DNA of 37,662 nucleotides from a virus: IMG/VR virus record IMGVR_UViG_3300042922_000419, positions 1 to 37,662 of that record; one strand, 5' to 3'. Shown piece by piece: positions 35,158 to 37,662 of this stretch (position 1 is its first letter; each line of letters starts with the position of its first letter). The notes under the pieces were generated by a model. It saw only the letters and a program-made list of their open reading frames with translations, ran no database searches and was not told where the DNA came from. The position numbers and the translations under genes were made by a program.

Positions 35158-35364
35158 ATGAATAGCCAATTTACATTGTTTTTAACCAATGCAAATAAAT
35201 TCTTTGACATAATCTTCAATCCTATTAAATATTTGCAAGAAGTAAGTTATTCCGTGTGCCTAATAGGTTGTTTGGTAGCTATCACGCTGGGTGTTGTAGG
35301 ATTTGACACATATAAATATGCTTGGTTGTGCATTATAATTTTCATATTCATAAATATTTTATAG
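35158..35364 (+). CDS. Two-TM small membrane protein (VirB3/TcpE-like position)
   Basis: VCLIGCLVAITLGVVGF and YAWLCIIIFIFINIL. AGGAGG ribosome-binding site. Directly precedes the ATPase gene. Confidence 0.45.
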   Translation: MNSQFTLFLTNANKFFDIIFNPIKYLQEVSYSVCLIGCLVAITLGVVGFDTYKYAWLCIIIFIFINIL

Positions 35365-35376
35365 GAGGCGGACCGA

Positions 35377-37623
35377 TTGAAAATTGAATTAACTAAACCA
35401 AATTATATTTATTTAAAAGTAACTCCAGCAACTTCTATCAGAAACAATGATACTTATAAAATAGCTCAAGCTATCCAAAGTACTTACAAACCTTTCTTTA
35501 ACAGATTCACATTCCATGATTATAAACAAATTCTAAATAACGCACTCCCACAAATGATAAAATTTGAATTACCATATAAAACAGCGTATATGATTTACAT
35601 AACAAAGAAAACAGTTGAGTTTTATTTTATTATTGATGAAAGATATAGGAACATACTTAAAGAAGCTTTAAGCAGGGTTTGGAGCTCCGTAACAATTTAT
35701 GATATAAAGAAGCTCCCTGAGTTTTCTCAAAACGCATTATACAAACAATTGGTATACGCTAAAGAGGATGCACTCTCTTTAGCTGCCGATCGTAGAGATA
35801 ATGACCTGATAAGTAATAACTTAAATATTATTGATGTATTACAGGAAAATGAAAAGGTTGGTATTTTTTATAACTTCATACCTACCAGTCAATACTCATG
35901 GAGAGCAGCATATAAAAACACACTCGATAAATATAAAACTGGTAATCCAGTAGATAAAAACAAGATTAATTTAAATTATATAGTTAAGTCGATTTTTAAT
36001 GAAATATATCTGACAATAAACATGTTTAATAAAAACACAGGTGTAAGTCTATCAAGTACTAAAGAACTTTCGAATTTTACGTATTTAAAGGGTTCTGAAA
36101 CAATTCTAAATACTCAAATAGCTTTAGTTGGAGATAGTTACAATAAATTAAATTCAATAAATAATCTTAGAAGTTTGGCGAACAGCTTCAGGTCTATAGA
36201 CAATGACAATTATTTAAGAAGTAAAAATGCTAAGAAGTTCAATTTTTTAGATTTAAATATAGGGGGATATGAAATGAATAAATGCAGCATAAACGAATGT
36301 GGAAACTTTTTAAGCTTACCAGGTCGAGAATTACTTGAAAGATTTGGAATAGAGCATATAAATACCTTAGAAACTGAAATACCTGAAGAACTTCAAAGCG
36401 GATATATTAAATTAGGTACTAACACATATAAAGGTAAAACAGCAATAACTACAATGTCAGCGGATAAGAATTTAGCTAACCTTGGATTAGTGGCCTTAGG
36501 ACCTCAAGGATGTGGCAAGAGCACATTTTTCGGTAACTATGCTAAGGATGTATCAGACAAAGACGAAGGATTGATTTTAATTGATTTTATAAAAAATTGT
36601 GAACTGTCAAATGAAATAGAAAGAGTTGTTCCAAAGAATAAATTAATAGTGCTTGATTTATCAAAGCAAGAGGATATGCAGTCATTCAGCTTCAATGAAG
36701 TAAATAACTTTAAGGTTAACTCAGATTATGACAGATTAGTAATATCAAATATGCAAACTCAATTAACAGTATCGTTTATTGATTCAATAAATTTAGATCA
36801 GAAATTAACTCCAAGAATGAGAAGGAGCTTAGTTGCAGCTGCTAATGTGGTATTTATAAATAAAAACATGAGTATGAGAAATGTTGTGGAATGTATTTCG
36901 GACCATCGTAAAAGAATAGACTACATAAACAGGATTCCTGAAGGCTTAAAAGAGTATTTGAAAGACGATATATTCAACCTTGAAGATATGAATGAAGTTG
37001 ATAAAGCTGGAGAAATATCGGGAACTAAGTCCGCTAAAAGTGATTATGTTTTAGATAGAATAAGTGTTTTAATGGAAGATATAAAGCTCAAAGTTATGTT
37101 TAATAAACCTATGGATAAGAATTTGGATTTAATTAAGGCCATGGATGATGGAAAGCTATTATTAATAAAGATACCTGAAAGCCATTATCCAACAAAAACA
37201 CATAAAAACATATTAACAACGTTCTTTATATCTAAAATATGGTTAGCTTCACAGTTAAGAGGTGGTATGTATAAAGAGCCAAGACGAACACACATTATCA
37301 TTGATGAGGTATTTCAAGCTCCTACGACGGAATATATTTTAAGGGATGTTTTAGTTCAGTGTAGAAAATTTCAAACAAAGTTTGTTTTCTCAGCTCATTA
37401 TTTATCGCAAATAGATACTATTAAGGAAGCATTAAAAGCATCCGGAAGTAGTTACATGTTAATGCAGGGAACAGATAAGAAAAACTTTGAAGAGTTAAAA
37501 GAGGACTTGGCTCCATTCGAGCTCCAGGATCTATTAAACTTAAAAAGATATCACAGTTTAAATCTTATAAAAACTTCAAACGGATATTCTAAGTTTATAA
37601 CTGAATTACCAAAGCCAATTTAA
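35377..37623 (+). CDS. HerA/FtsK-superfamily P-loop ATPase, VirB4/TcpF-like (748 aa)
   Basis: TTG start after AGGAGG. Walker A GPQGCGKST at about aa 376, Walker B THIIIDEV at about aa 655, CRKFQTKFVFSAHYLSQ (RK..Q segment). No TM helices. Confidence 0.6.
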   Translation: MKIELTKPNYIYLKVTPATSIRNNDTYKIAQAIQSTYKPFFNRFTFHDYKQILNNALPQMIKFELPYKTAYMIYITKKTVEFYFIIDERYRNILKEALSRVWSSVTIYDIKKLPEFSQNALYKQLVYAKEDALSLAADRRDNDLISNNLNIIDVLQENEKVGIFYNFIPTSQYSWRAAYKNTLDKYKTGNPVDKNKINLNYIVKSIFNEIYLTINMFNKNTGVSLSSTKELSNFTYLKGSETILNTQIALVGDSYNKLNSINNLRSLANSFRSIDNDNYLRSKNAKKFNFLDLNIGGYEMNKCSINECGNFLSLPGRELLERFGIEHINTLETEIPEELQSGYIKLGTNTYKGKTAITTMSADKNLANLGLVALGPQGCGKSTFFGNYAKDVSDKDEGLILIDFIKNCELSNEIERVVPKNKLIVLDLSKQEDMQSFSFNEVNNFKVNSDYDRLVISNMQTQLTVSFIDSINLDQKLTPRMRRSLVAAANVVFINKNMSMRNVVECISDHRKRIDYINRIPEGLKEYLKDDIFNLEDMNEVDKAGEISGTKSAKSDYVLDRISVLMEDIKLKVMFNKPMDKNLDLIKAMDDGKLLLIKIPESHYPTKTHKNILTTFFISKIWLASQLRGGMYKEPRRTHIIIDEVFQAPTTEYILRDVLVQCRKFQTKFVFSAHYLSQIDTIKEALKASGSSYMLMQGTDKKNFEELKEDLAPFELQDLLNLKRYHSLNLIKTSNGYSKFITELPKPI

Positions 37624-37662
37624 AAATTTAAAAGAACTGCCATAATCGACAGTTCTTTTTTG
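37536..37662. repeat. Terminal direct repeat, exact copy of 1..127
   Basis: Same 127-nt string as the window start. It contains the last 28 codons, the stop and the terminator of the 748-aa ATPase gene. Confidence 0.95.

Overview
AT-rich, Firmicutes/Clostridia-like sequence that reads as one complete temperate siphovirus genome. Nt 1..127 are identical to nt 37536..37662. The window is therefore a circle of about 37,535 bp (or a unit with direct terminal repeats), opened inside the 3' end of a 748-aa ATPase gene. Module order: attP-like repeat region and tyrosine integrase (-); an immunity region with two reverse-strand XRE repressors, a Cro-like gene and three perfect TTGACA-17-TATAAT promoters; a block of small early ORFs with many HTH and zinc-ribbon proteins and an AbrB paralogue; a recombination module (SMC/Rad50-like ATPase, RecT, frameshifted MBL-fold hydrolase) interrupted by a membrane protein and a lipoprotein; a replication module (ERCC4-type nuclease, 876-aa primase/P-loop protein, iteron plus AT-rich origin); a late regulator; then HNH, TerS, TerL, portal, ClpP-type protease, HK97-like capsid, connectors, major tail protein, chaperone with -1 frameshift, tape measure, tail tip, fibre and lysis genes (holin, M23 peptidase, LL-H holin). 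The slot between lysis and attP/int holds the most unusual content. It carries a promoter-to-terminator small RNA candidate with C-rich loops, a reverse-strand membrane protein, and a five-gene operon whose last three genes look like an orphan VirB2/VirB3/VirB4 (TcpD/TcpE/TcpF-like) triad, with no other T4SS, relaxase or coupling genes anywhere in the genome. Three genes are disrupted or recoded: MBL (+1 nt in a T-run), HNH (no in-frame start codon, A-run), and a zinc-ribbon ORF with an in-frame TGA. All functional calls come from motifs read by eye and from gene order; no database search was run.
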